A stretch of DNA of 64,000 nucleotides, taken from contig CBDETK010000013.1 of the NCBI GenBank assembly GCA_965242865.1, forward strand, positions 2,656,001 through 2,720,000, read 5' to 3'. Positions 21,279 to 30,158 of the stretch are shown in pieces; the stretch's first letter is position 1, and the number at the start of each line of letters is the position of its first letter. The stretch is from Candidatus Latescibacterota bacterium. GTDB lineage: Bacteria > Latescibacterota > UBA2968 > UBA8231. The position numbers were made by a program, and so were the translations under genes. A model generated the notes under the pieces. That model saw only the letters and a list, made by a program, of their open reading frames with translations. It was not told the DNA's origin and did not search any database.

Positions 21279-22987
21279 CAGGCGATCTCCTTAACAAAAC
21301 AGTTTGTGTTCTTGGATCCGATGACCATTGACCACAGCGACTCCGCCTCGGCGCGATACACACCGTAGGGGTGGCTAGAAAAGGTAACCCCCTCCTTATG
21401 CCAACCATTAAAGGAATGGGTGATGACGATCTCGCGTTTGGGCATTATCAAGTAACGATCGTGAAACCCAGGACCTTCCGAATTCTGTTCGAGGAACACG
21501 CGAATATTAACATGACTCGTTAGTTGGTCGGGGAGATTCGACCACCATGTACTCCACCATGTGACTTTCGCCTCTTTCGCGCATAGGATTCGCAACGGCC
21601 TGCCATTGGTGGCTTCGAATATATTAAGGTATAGCTTCTTAAGATTGTCTCTCTCCGGTTTGGGTATGTCCATGAAGTAGGGGTCGGCAAGATAAATCGG
21701 TGCCGTTTGATCGGCATCTTGACGCAGAAGATAGGTAAAGTGCTGGATAGCCCGCTCGAATTCCACGGGTCTAAAACGCACGAGATTACCCTCTCGGCGT
21801 GCGATATTCTCCCGCTCGTAAACCTGACGATCAAGCCATTGTCGTCGGATTCCTCTGTCGAGTTCGGCACTGTCTTGGTCAGTTTGGACGTTGATTGTGG
21901 AGACGAAACCTGATGGATTGACCTCGTGGGTGAAGCTGCTTTTGCGTTCGCGGAGCTGCAGCGTTGGGCCGGACTTGATCTCCATGCGAATACCGACCTC
22001 CATGAGCAGAAACGCCTCCATCAAGTCGACACACTGTCCGTCAGCAGTCCGGAGAATCTCAAAGCCGATGTGATCAACATCCGATGCAAACTCAATCACC
22101 TTCTGGCCTAGAGTGACCGGAACTTCTCGTCGTAGCACCCGATCTCCACTGTGGCTAGCCCAGACCGTGGCTCGGTAGGCCCCGGACAGCAGTTCGTTCG
22201 CATCTACATGAAGCCTCAGCGTCCGGTTGCGATTCGCTGACAGATCACAAACAATTGCATCTTGGGCGGCGGCGATCATGAAGTTTCCAACCCGGTCTGG
22301 ACGGCGGTTGAGTGGGAAGCCCAGACGTGCGAGTTGAGGTAAGGCTTTGTTCTGAAGTGATTCAAGGATCTCCAGCCAGCGTTTGCGAGGCTCCACCGTG
22401 AAGCTCCAGTACTCGATTATCTCCGCACTGTGTCTTGAGAAGGGGCTACGCATTGAAGCATCGGCGAGCGGGCGGTCATCTCGATAAGCCCAGTGGCGGC
22501 GAGGGATGGGTTCCAAGGCATATTGAATTTCAAGGTCATCAATCCCCAGCGTACCCGAATCCAAGATTTGACCAACCAATGTGTAGCAGCATTCCCACGA
22601 CGCTTCTAAGGAAAACAGTCGGAGTTCATGTCCAAGGTCGATACTCGACCAAGTCTCGTCCGGTTCGCCAGCCCAAGGCCCTAGCGCATCCTGACGTCGG
22701 TGGCGTATGAGCGTGAACAAGTTGCGAAGCGGTGCGCTCGGCGAATGCCACGCCAATACCGTCATCCGAGCGGTTCGGCTCTCCATAGCCCCCGTCGTCA
22801 CCGGGGCGCGAGCCGGTAAATTGAAGGAAAGCCCGCGCTCGTGCGCCCAACGCATTGCTTCGTCAAGTGACACGGACACATTGCGCCCTTCCCTTCGCAC
22901 GGCCAAGTGCCCTCGATGAATGTGTTGGCGAATGTAGGTCTCGCTCTTATCCACGGAACGGGCTAACTCTGCAATCGTAATATACAT
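21278..22987 (-). CDS. N-terminal HTH + C-terminal PLD-like (VPA1262-like) domain protein
   Basis: ITIAELARSVDKSETYIRQHIHRG (MerR/excisionase-type HTH). C-terminal IYLADPYF, LRILC, FHDRYLI, ITHSFNG. Confidence 0.65.
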   Translation of the reverse strand: MYITIAELARSVDKSETYIRQHIHRGHLAVRREGRNVSVSLDEAMRWAHERGLSFNLPARAPVTTGAMESRTARMTVLAWHSPSAPLRNLFTLIRHRRQDALGPWAGEPDETWSSIDLGHELRLFSLEASWECCYTLVGQILDSGTLGIDDLEIQYALEPIPRRHWAYRDDRPLADASMRSPFSRHSAEIIEYWSFTVEPRKRWLEILESLQNKALPQLARLGFPLNRRPDRVGNFMIAAAQDAIVCDLSANRNRTLRLHVDANELLSGAYRATVWASHSGDRVLRREVPVTLGQKVIEFASDVDHIGFEILRTADGQCVDLMEAFLLMEVGIRMEIKSGPTLQLRERKSSFTHEVNPSGFVSTINVQTDQDSAELDRGIRRQWLDRQVYERENIARREGNLVRFRPVEFERAIQHFTYLLRQDADQTAPIYLADPYFMDIPKPERDNLKKLYLNIFEATNGRPLRILCAKEAKVTWWSTWWSNLPDQLTSHVNIRVFLEQNSEGPGFHDRYLIMPKREIVITHSFNGWHKEGVTFSSHPYGVYRAEAESLWSMVIGSKNTNCFVKEIA

Positions 22988-23015
22988 ATAGGCATCTCTC
23001 TGATAAGCGACAAGT

Positions 23016-23058
23016 GTAATTTACTAATGTAAATTACGATGTAACTACAATCTGTCAA
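23016..23058 (-). promoter_or_regulatory. Promoter and operator of the 22987 operon
   Basis: Minus strand TTGACA-N16-TAATTT, overlapping the perfect inverted repeat GTAATTTAC-TAAT-GTAAATTAC (23016-23037). Confidence 0.55.
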
Positions 23059-23230
23059 GTCCCCAGTAGCCGAACGTGAATCGGGGCTTGCCGGTCTGGC
23101 CTGCTCGACGCGGATTGCCCCCACATAGTGTCGTCCGTCTTTCCTCACCAGCGGCCCAACCGATGATTTCCTCTTGATCATTAGCCAAAATCAGACATAT
23201 TGTCTCTATATGAAATTAAATGGAGTCAAT

Positions 23231-23836
23231 ATGTCTAGATCTAAGAAAAAACGTCCTGAAGAAATCTTCCGCAGGTACGGCGGCCAACTTCGGATGAGCG
23301 AGGCCATCGCACACGGGATTACACGCTACATGCTATATGCGCTCAAAGACAGGGGCGTCATCGAGCCGGTCAGCAGAGGCATCTATCGATTGCGGGAACT
23401 ACCTCCGCTCGGCAACCCTGATCTGGTCGCGGTGAGCCTTCGCTTCCCCAACGCCGTCGTTTGCCTCGTCTCTGCGCTGGCTCACCATAGCATCACGACT
23501 CAGATTCCCCATGAGATTTCTGTGGCGGTGCCAAGAGACTCGCGGGTTCCGTCACTCGACTATCCTCCCATCCGAGCCCACAGATTCTCGCAGGCAGCAT
23601 ACAAGTCCGGCATCGAAACGCCCCTAATTGATGGTGTGCCCGTTAAAATCTACCGTTGCGAGAAAACCCTAGCCGACTGCTTCAAGTTTCGCAACAAAAT
23701 TGGTATGGATGTGGCGCTAGAAGCGTTGAAGCTCCACCAGACGCGAAACGGGTTCAATCTCGGCGAACTGCTCAAATACGCCAGAATTTGTCGGGTAGAA
23801 AAGGTGATGTGGCCCTATTTAGAGGCACTGGTATGA
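23231..23836 (+). CDS. abiEi: Type IV toxin-antitoxin antitoxin AbiEi
   Basis: Winged-helix with SRGIY, CLVSALAHH.ITTQIP, EKTLADCFK.RNKIG. GGAG RBS. Confidence 0.88.
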   Translation: MSRSKKKRPEEIFRRYGGQLRMSEAIAHGITRYMLYALKDRGVIEPVSRGIYRLRELPPLGNPDLVAVSLRFPNAVVCLVSALAHHSITTQIPHEISVAVPRDSRVPSLDYPPIRAHRFSQAAYKSGIETPLIDGVPVKIYRCEKTLADCFKFRNKIGMDVALEALKLHQTRNGFNLGELLKYARICRVEKVMWPYLEALV

Positions 23837-24735
23837 CGTCTCCTCGCAATGCGTCCGCGTCTGTCCGGCAACGCCTCCTCAATCGGGCCAGAAGTGAACG
23901 ACGGCCATTTAACGAAATGCTTCAATACTTCGCCATGGAGCGATTCCTCTACCGGCTATCCCAATCCGCTCATGCCCATCGATTTGTGCTCAAGGGCGCG
24001 TTGATGCTGAGGGTTTGGGACTCACCGGAATTCCGTCCGACCATGGACATCGACTTACTTGGCAGGACTCGCAACGAAGAAGCCGATATCGTCTCTCAGA
24101 TGCGGGACATCCTAATGGTCAATGTGGAAACGGACGGACTTGCGTTCGATCCGGATTCTATCCACACCGAGCGGATCACCGAAGGCGCGGATTACGACGG
24201 GATCAGAATTCGGTTCCTAGGCGTATTGGGATCCGCGATAATTCACATGCAGATCGACATTGGCTTCGGTGATGTCGTGTATCCCGAACCGAAAGAGTTG
24301 GATTTTCCGACCATATTGAACTTCTCGGCACCGCGATTGTTCTGTTACAGCCGCGAGAGTTCCATCTCGGAGAAGGTCGAAGCCATGGTCAAGCTAGGTA
24401 TGCTAAACAGCCGGATGAAGGATTTCTACGACATCTGGTTGCTGTCTCGGCAGTTCGACTTTGAGGGCCCCAAGTTGGTCCAAGCCATTCGGCGGACCTT
24501 TGAACGGCGAAGCACGGTGCTACCCGCGGAAATCGAGGCATTCTCTCAGTCTTTCATCGATGCCAAGCAGAGCCAATGGGCGGCGTTCCACAACAGGCTC
24601 CAGCAGGATCACGTGCCTGCCTCGTTCGGAGAAATTACGGCTTCGGTGAGTGGATTTCTGCGGCCCGTTGTCGCGGCTCTTTCCTCCGGGAACTCTAGGC
24701 CGACCGACTGGATCGCACCCGGCCCATGGACCTGA
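23833..24735 (+). CDS. abiEii: Type IV toxin AbiEii (nucleotidyltransferase)
   Basis: ERFLYRL, FVLKGA, RPTMDIDL, IDIGFGD, SRMKDFYD. ATGA overlap with abiEi. Confidence 0.92.
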   Translation: MTSPRNASASVRQRLLNRARSERRPFNEMLQYFAMERFLYRLSQSAHAHRFVLKGALMLRVWDSPEFRPTMDIDLLGRTRNEEADIVSQMRDILMVNVETDGLAFDPDSIHTERITEGADYDGIRIRFLGVLGSAIIHMQIDIGFGDVVYPEPKELDFPTILNFSAPRLFCYSRESSISEKVEAMVKLGMLNSRMKDFYDIWLLSRQFDFEGPKLVQAIRRTFERRSTVLPAEIEAFSQSFIDAKQSQWAAFHNRLQQDHVPASFGEITASVSGFLRPVVAALSSGNSRPTDWIAPGPWT

Positions 24736-24770
24736 GCCGGTATCCTTCCACCAAAGCAAGAAGACGTGTA

Positions 24771-24798
24771 CGTCGGATAGCTCCCGCGCTCGGGATAC
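24771..24798 (+). repeat. Exact 28-bp copy of internal RelE/ParE toxin sequence
   Basis: CGTCGGATAGCTCCCGCGCTCGGGATAC is identical to 16538-16565. Confidence 0.9.
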
Positions 24799-24800
24799 GT

Positions 24801-24878
24801 TGTAATTTTGAACCGTTACTTCAAATTATCATGTAATTTTGAATCGCTATTTCAAATTTACACGTTAATTTTAAGTCC
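24801..24878 (+). promoter_or_regulatory. Tandem palindromic operator/promoter of the AAA-DUF4143 gene
   Basis: Two 31-bp units, each TGTAATTTTGAA-N7-TTCAAATT. TAATTT 7 nt before the ATG, no SD. Confidence 0.6.
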
Positions 24879-26033
24879 ATGTACAAACGATCGCTGGACC
24901 TCCCCGCGTCCGGCACCGAGACGTTTTTCCTCTGGGGGCCGCGACAGGCGGGCAAAAGCACCCTGCTAAAACACCAGTACGCCGACGGCCTGTGGCTCGA
25001 TCTCCTAAAGGCCGACGAGTTCAGACGGTACGTCGCCAACCCAGAGTTTTTGCGTCAAGAAATCGAGGCGACCGGGTTCGACGCCAGTCGCCAGATCGTC
25101 ATTGACGAGATTCAGAAAGTACCGGCCCTGCTCGACGAGGTGCATTGGCTGCTCGAAAACCGAGGGTTGAGCTTCGCCCTTTGCGGCTCCAGTGCCCGCA
25201 AGGTGCGGCGCGGAGGGGCCAACCTGCTCGGCGGGCGAGCCGTGCGCTATCAACTGCACGGGCTGACGGCGCGGGAACTCGGCTCAGACTTTGACCTCAC
25301 CCGGCTCCTCAACCACGGCTACCTGCCCCGGATGTACGCCAACGCCCGTCCCGCCCGGTTGCTCGACGCGTATGTCGCCGACTATCTCAAGGAGGAAATC
25401 GCGGCCGAAGGACTGGTCCGCAACTTGCCCGCGTTTGCCGGGTTTTTGAACGCGGCCGCTCTAGGCGATACCGAAATGGTCAACTTCTCCAATATCGCAC
25501 GGGAGTGCGGCGTCTCCAGTCACACGGCGAGAGGCTACTACGAGATTCTCGAAGACGCGCTGCTCGGACGCTGGTTGCCCGCCTTCCGCCGGCGTCCCAA
25601 GCGGCGAGTGGTTGCCGCGCCTAAGTTCTACTTTGCGGATGTCGGAGTGGTCAACCGCCTCGCCCGCCGAGGGCAACTGCTGGTAGGGTCGGCTCTATAC
25701 GGCAAGGCATTTGAGAACTGGGTGTTCCACGAGTTGGCCGCGTTTGCCGACTATCAAGCATTCGATGGCGATCTAACGTATTGGCGTCTAGCCGGCGGGA
25801 CCGAGGTTGATTTCATCTTGGGCGACATGCAGCTAGCGGTTGAAGCCAAGGCGAGCAATCCCATCGTCAGCAACCACTTGAAAGGGCTGCGTAGCCTAGT
25901 GAAGGATCATCCGGGCGTCGGCCGGCGAGTTGTCGCGTGCCTTGAACCCCGCGCCCGGCGCACTGACGACGGGATCGACATCCTGCCCGCAGCCACCTTC
26001 GTCCAAATGCTCTGGCGCGGCGACCTCGCCTAA
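24879..26033 (+). CDS. AAA_14 ATPase + DUF4143 protein
   Basis: GPRQAGKS, IDEIQK, LCGSSARK, PKFYFADVG, FENWV, EVDF...VEAK. Confidence 0.92.
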   Translation: MYKRSLDLPASGTETFFLWGPRQAGKSTLLKHQYADGLWLDLLKADEFRRYVANPEFLRQEIEATGFDASRQIVIDEIQKVPALLDEVHWLLENRGLSFALCGSSARKVRRGGANLLGGRAVRYQLHGLTARELGSDFDLTRLLNHGYLPRMYANARPARLLDAYVADYLKEEIAAEGLVRNLPAFAGFLNAAALGDTEMVNFSNIARECGVSSHTARGYYEILEDALLGRWLPAFRRRPKRRVVAAPKFYFADVGVVNRLARRGQLLVGSALYGKAFENWVFHELAAFADYQAFDGDLTYWRLAGGTEVDFILGDMQLAVEAKASNPIVSNHLKGLRSLVKDHPGVGRRVVACLEPRARRTDDGIDILPAATFVQMLWRGDLA

Positions 26034-26713
26034 GCTCGCCGCTTCCATACATCCGCGGCTTGCTGGCTCTCCACTTGCACGAGCCGCGCTTCTTCAAGCA
26101 CATAACCGCTGAGGGGGCCGCCGTAGATGCAGCCCGAGTCGAGGCCGAGGAGATAGGGGCGGCCCGCGCGCTTTTTAAGCACCAAGCCGCCGGGCGCGTC
26201 ATGGCCAAAGACGAGCAGGGGATGCGTCGGCTCGTAGAAATCGTGCCACCGCGGGCCGGAAAGATCGCGGGTGGGCGGCCAAGTGCGGATTTTCAGGAAT
26301 TCGGCGCGGCGAGTGCCTCGCAAGTCCTTTTGCGGGTGGATGCCCGCGTGGACGAGGAGAAAGGCGTCTTCCGCGATGTAGAGCGGGCACTGCCGGAGCC
26401 AAGCGAGAATTTCGCCGTGGACGGGCTGGAGCTGGGCGCGGGTATAGCCTTGATCGGCAAACTTCTCTTTGGGCTTGCGGCCCTTGGCCTGAGCGGTTAG
26501 CTGCTTCAAGAGACGGGCGTCGTGATTGCCCAACACCATCTCGGCCCCGGTATCGCGGATCAACTGCCACACCGCTAGCGGGTCGGGGCCGCGAGAAAAA
26601 GCATCGCCGGTCAGCAACAGGCGATCCCGGGCCGCGTCGTAGTCTGCTTTTGCCAGCAGGGCTGCAAGCTCGGCCGCGCAGCCGTGGATGTCGCCGACGA
26701 AAATAGTACGCAT
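26030..26713 (-). CDS. Metallophosphoesterase (ApaH/PrpE-like)
   Basis: GDIHG, GD.FSRGP, GNHD, VHAG, FGH, LDSGC. Confidence 0.9.
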   Translation of the reverse strand: MRTIFVGDIHGCAAELAALLAKADYDAARDRLLLTGDAFSRGPDPLAVWQLIRDTGAEMVLGNHDARLLKQLTAQAKGRKPKEKFADQGYTRAQLQPVHGEILAWLRQCPLYIAEDAFLLVHAGIHPQKDLRGTRRAEFLKIRTWPPTRDLSGPRWHDFYEPTHPLLVFGHDAPGGLVLKKRAGRPYLLGLDSGCIYGGPLSGYVLEEARLVQVESQQAADVWKRRA

Positions 26714-26781
26714 TAGATTTTCCTAGATTGCATTGCGGAAGGGCAAACCCTATCATACTCACCACCTCAAGATAGCCCCTG

Positions 26782-28122
26782 ATGGAAACTGCGACCACAC
26801 TCACCCCTGCTCCGGCGTCTTGCCACGTAATGGCCAAGCCTTCGGGCTCGGTCTGCAACATCGACTGCAAGTACTGCTTCTATCTGGAGAAGGAAAAGCT
26901 CTACCCGGACGCGCACAAAAATTGGCGCATGTCCGACGAGACGCTCGAACTCTACGTCAAGCAGTACATCGAGGCCCAAGATGTGCCGCAGGTAGATTTT
27001 GCTTGGCAGGGCGGCGAGCCGACCCTAATGGGCGTGGACTTTTTCCGCCGTGCGGTCCAGCTACAGCAGCAGTACGCCAACGGCAAGCTGGTCACCAACG
27101 CCTTCCAGACCAACGGCATCCTCCTCAACGACGAGTGGGGCGAGTTCCTCGCCGAAAACAAATTCCTAGTCGGGCTGTCGATTGACGGGCCGCGCCCGTT
27201 CCACGACCGCTACCGAGTTGACAAGGGGCAAAAGCCAACGTACGACCGAGTGTATGCCGGCTTGCAAATGCTCAAAAAGCACGCGGTGGAATTCAATACC
27301 CTGACCGTGCTACAAAACCACAACGCCGATCATCCGCTCGAAGTCTATCGCTTCCTGCGCCAAGAGGGCTCGGGGTTTATGCAGTTTATTCCCATCGTCG
27401 AGCGCGTCGCCCACGAGCCAGACGACGATGGGCTGGAATTAGTCGATCCCGACTACGAGGGCCGGGCGCCGGTTTCCAAGTGGTCGGTGGGGCCGGGGCA
27501 GTACGGCAAGTTCCTCTGCGCGATCTTTGACGAGTGGGTGCGCCACGACGTCGGCCAAGTCTTTGTGCAGCTCTTTGACGTGACCCTCGGCTCGTGGCTG
27601 GGCCAAGACGCGAGCCTGTGCATCTTTGCCGAGACCTGCGGCAAGGCCCTGATCATCGAGCACAACGGCGACCTGTACTCTTGCGACCACTTCGTGTACT
27701 CGGATTATCGGCTGGGCAACGTCCACGACGAGAGCATCCGCGATATGGTCGCCAGCCCGCAGCAGGCCCAGTTCGGGCAGGACAAAAAGGACGCGCTGCC
27801 CCAGTACTGCGTCGAATGCGATGTTCGCTTTGCCTGCAACGGCGGCTGCCCCAAGCACCGCTTTACCAAAACCCCGCGCGGCGAAGCCGGTCTCAACTAT
27901 CTGTGCAAAGGGTACAAGATGTACTTCGGGCACGTTGACCCTTACATGCGCTTTATGGCGCACGAATTGCGGCACGGCCGACCGGCCCTCGGTGTAATGG
28001 AATGGGCCAGAAACAGGGACGCGGTCAAGGCGGCCCTGCACCCAAAGACCCCCGGCCGCAACCGCCCGTGCTCCTGCGGCAGCGGCAAGAAGTACAAGCA
28101 CTGCTGTGGCCGGGCCGCATAA
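26782..28122 (+). CDS. Anaerobic sulfatase-maturating radical SAM enzyme (anSME, AslB/AtsB family) with SEC-C motif
   Basis: CNIDCKYCFY, WQGGEP, SPASM cysteines (CVEC..RFACNGGCPK), C-terminal GRNRPCSCGSGKKYKHCC. Confidence 0.95.
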   Translation: METATTLTPAPASCHVMAKPSGSVCNIDCKYCFYLEKEKLYPDAHKNWRMSDETLELYVKQYIEAQDVPQVDFAWQGGEPTLMGVDFFRRAVQLQQQYANGKLVTNAFQTNGILLNDEWGEFLAENKFLVGLSIDGPRPFHDRYRVDKGQKPTYDRVYAGLQMLKKHAVEFNTLTVLQNHNADHPLEVYRFLRQEGSGFMQFIPIVERVAHEPDDDGLELVDPDYEGRAPVSKWSVGPGQYGKFLCAIFDEWVRHDVGQVFVQLFDVTLGSWLGQDASLCIFAETCGKALIIEHNGDLYSCDHFVYSDYRLGNVHDESIRDMVASPQQAQFGQDKKDALPQYCVECDVRFACNGGCPKHRFTKTPRGEAGLNYLCKGYKMYFGHVDPYMRFMAHELRHGRPALGVMEWARNRDAVKAALHPKTPGRNRPCSCGSGKKYKHCCGRAA

Positions 28123-28135
28123 CCGAAAGGCAACC

Positions 28136-29038
28136 ATGATCGACATCGAGCTACATCCCGCAGACTGCAAGGCCGTCGTCGCGATCGACGGCCAGCTTTT
28201 TACCGAGTACCGCTACGGCCACTACGTGTGCCGCCCGTACCTCTATCCCGTGCTGACGCCCAGCGGCACCGGTCTGACCCGCGCCTACCCAATGGAAAAC
28301 GTCGCCGGCGAAAACCAAGACCACTACCACCATCGCGGCATGTACACGGCCCACGGCCTCGTCAACGGCCACAACCTGTGGGACGAGGGCACTGGCCACG
28401 GCACCATGCTCCAGCGCGGCGAGCCAGTAGTCGCCGCCGCCGCCGGCGTCGCCCAGATCGATGGGATCGTCGATTGGTTTGGGCCGGAGGGGGAGAAGCT
28501 GTTGGAGGAGCGGCGCACCCTCGCGATCCGCCCTGAAGGAGCGTTGCGGATCGTGGACCAACGCAGCGAATTCCGCGCTCGCTACGGCGACGCGACCTTT
28601 GGCGACACCAAAGAAGGCGGGCTGTTTGCCATCCGGGTGCCGACCTCAATGGATGCCAAGGCCGCCGGGCGGATTGAAAATTCGGCCGGCCAAGTCTTTG
28701 AAAACGGCCAAGGGCCAGAGAGCACTTGGGGCCAGCAGGCCGCTTGGGTGGATTATTCCGGGCCGGTGGCCGATGGCGAGGAGTGGGGGCACACCGTCGT
28801 CGATCACCGCGACAATCCCCGCCACCCGACCTACTGGCACGTGCGCGGGTACGGGCTGTTTACCGCCAACCCCTTTGGGGTGCACGATTTCAAGGGCGAC
28901 AAAAGCCTAGACGCGAGCCTGACCATCCCCAGCGGCGCCAAAGCCGTCTTCCGCTACCGGCTGATCATCCACCCCGGGCGCAGCGTGGATGGGCACCCAG
29001 CCGTGCGCCCGCTCATCGAGCAGTTCCAAGACGGATAG
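28136..29038 (+). CDS. PmoA/DUF6807-family protein (not a methane monooxygenase)
   Basis: PYLYPV..PSG..LTR, DHYHHRG, FGDTKEGG, WHVRGYGLF.ANPFG. Confidence 0.8.
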   Translation: MIDIELHPADCKAVVAIDGQLFTEYRYGHYVCRPYLYPVLTPSGTGLTRAYPMENVAGENQDHYHHRGMYTAHGLVNGHNLWDEGTGHGTMLQRGEPVVAAAAGVAQIDGIVDWFGPEGEKLLEERRTLAIRPEGALRIVDQRSEFRARYGDATFGDTKEGGLFAIRVPTSMDAKAAGRIENSAGQVFENGQGPESTWGQQAAWVDYSGPVADGEEWGHTVVDHRDNPRHPTYWHVRGYGLFTANPFGVHDFKGDKSLDASLTIPSGAKAVFRYRLIIHPGRSVDGHPAVRPLIEQFQDG

Positions 29039-29040
29039 CC

Positions 29041-30099
29041 ATGAACACGCAAGACAAGCTGCGCGTCGCCCTAATTGGTGCTGGCGGCATCGCCAAGGCG
29101 CATATACGCTATTACCAAGACATGGACGACGTGGAGATAGTAGCCGTGGCGGACGTGGTCCTCGAAAGGGCGCGCGCCTGCTGCGAGGAATACCAAATCC
29201 CCCAAGCCTACGCCCGCTACGAGGACCTGCTCCAGCAGGCCCAGCCCGACGCGGTGAGCGTCTGTACGCCCAATGGCCTGCACGCCCCCTGCGCTATCGC
29301 CGCGCTCGACGCGGGTGCCCATGTCCTCGTCGAGAAGCCGCTGGCTATGAACGCCCGCGAGGGCCAAGAGATGCTCGACGCGGCCGAGAAAAACGGCAAA
29401 AAGCTGATCATTGGATTTCAGAACCGCTACGATCCAAAGACGGAGTTTGTCAAGAAGCTCGTTGACGACGGCGAGCTGGGCACGCTCCTGTACGCCCGGG
29501 TACAGGCCCTGCGGCGGCGGGGCATTCCCAACTGGGGAGTCTTTGGCCGCAAGGAGCTGCAAGGCGGCGGGCCGCTGATCGATATCGGCGTCCACATGCT
29601 GGAGACCACGCACTATGCGATGGGCGCACCCCAGCCAGTGGCAGCGAGTGGCAGCACCTATACCTATATCGGCGACGAGCCGTCAAACGTGCGCTCGCTC
29701 TGGCCCAACTGGGATTACAAGACCTATACGGTAGAGGACCTAATGGTGGGACACATCCGCTTTGCAACCGGCGCGATGCTCAGTATTGAGACCAGCTTTG
29801 CCGCTCATATCGAGAAAAACGAGTGGAACTTCACGCTGATGGGCGACAAAGGCGGCGCCAACTGGGACCCGCCGGGTTTTTTCCACGACGCCAACGATTA
29901 CATGGTCAACACCCAGCCCAACTGGATGCCCAGCGGCCCAGCGGCCGACTCCTTCGGCTTGAGGATGCGCAACTTTGTCGATTGCGTACTCTACGATGCA
30001 GAAACCCTAGCCCCCGGAGCGCACGGGCTGATGGTGCAAAAGATGATTGACGGCCTGTACGAATCGGCCGCACAGGGGCGAGAAGTGCCGATTGAGTAG
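29041..30099 (+). CDS. Gfo/Idh/MocA oxidoreductase
   Basis: IGAGGIA, VCTPN..H, HVLVEKP, GGGPLIDIGVH. Confidence 0.92.
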   Translation: MNTQDKLRVALIGAGGIAKAHIRYYQDMDDVEIVAVADVVLERARACCEEYQIPQAYARYEDLLQQAQPDAVSVCTPNGLHAPCAIAALDAGAHVLVEKPLAMNAREGQEMLDAAEKNGKKLIIGFQNRYDPKTEFVKKLVDDGELGTLLYARVQALRRRGIPNWGVFGRKELQGGGPLIDIGVHMLETTHYAMGAPQPVAASGSTYTYIGDEPSNVRSLWPNWDYKTYTVEDLMVGHIRFATGAMLSIETSFAAHIEKNEWNFTLMGDKGGANWDPPGFFHDANDYMVNTQPNWMPSGPAADSFGLRMRNFVDCVLYDAETLAPGAHGLMVQKMIDGLYESAAQGREVPIE

Positions 30100-30158
30100 C
30101 GGGCGATGCGGGCGGCCCGTAGTTGTTTCTTTCTAAAAATGGCGTAAATTTTGCAGTA

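Noticed and set aside
18760-24885. 31-bp palindromic repeats next to a 28-bp gene-matching sequence as a mini-CRISPR array
   Set aside because: The repeats are directly adjacent with no spacer between them, there are no cas genes, and they lead straight into a start codon, so they fit an operator better.
11059-26033. Integron cassette array or prophage
   Set aside because: No recurring attC-like RYYYAAC/GTTRRRY sites seen, genes lie in both orientations, and there are no integrase or phage structural genes.
28136-29038. Particulate methane monooxygenase subunit
   Set aside because: Soluble DUF6807-type protein without TM helices; the PmoA family name is misleading and pmoB/pmoC are absent.
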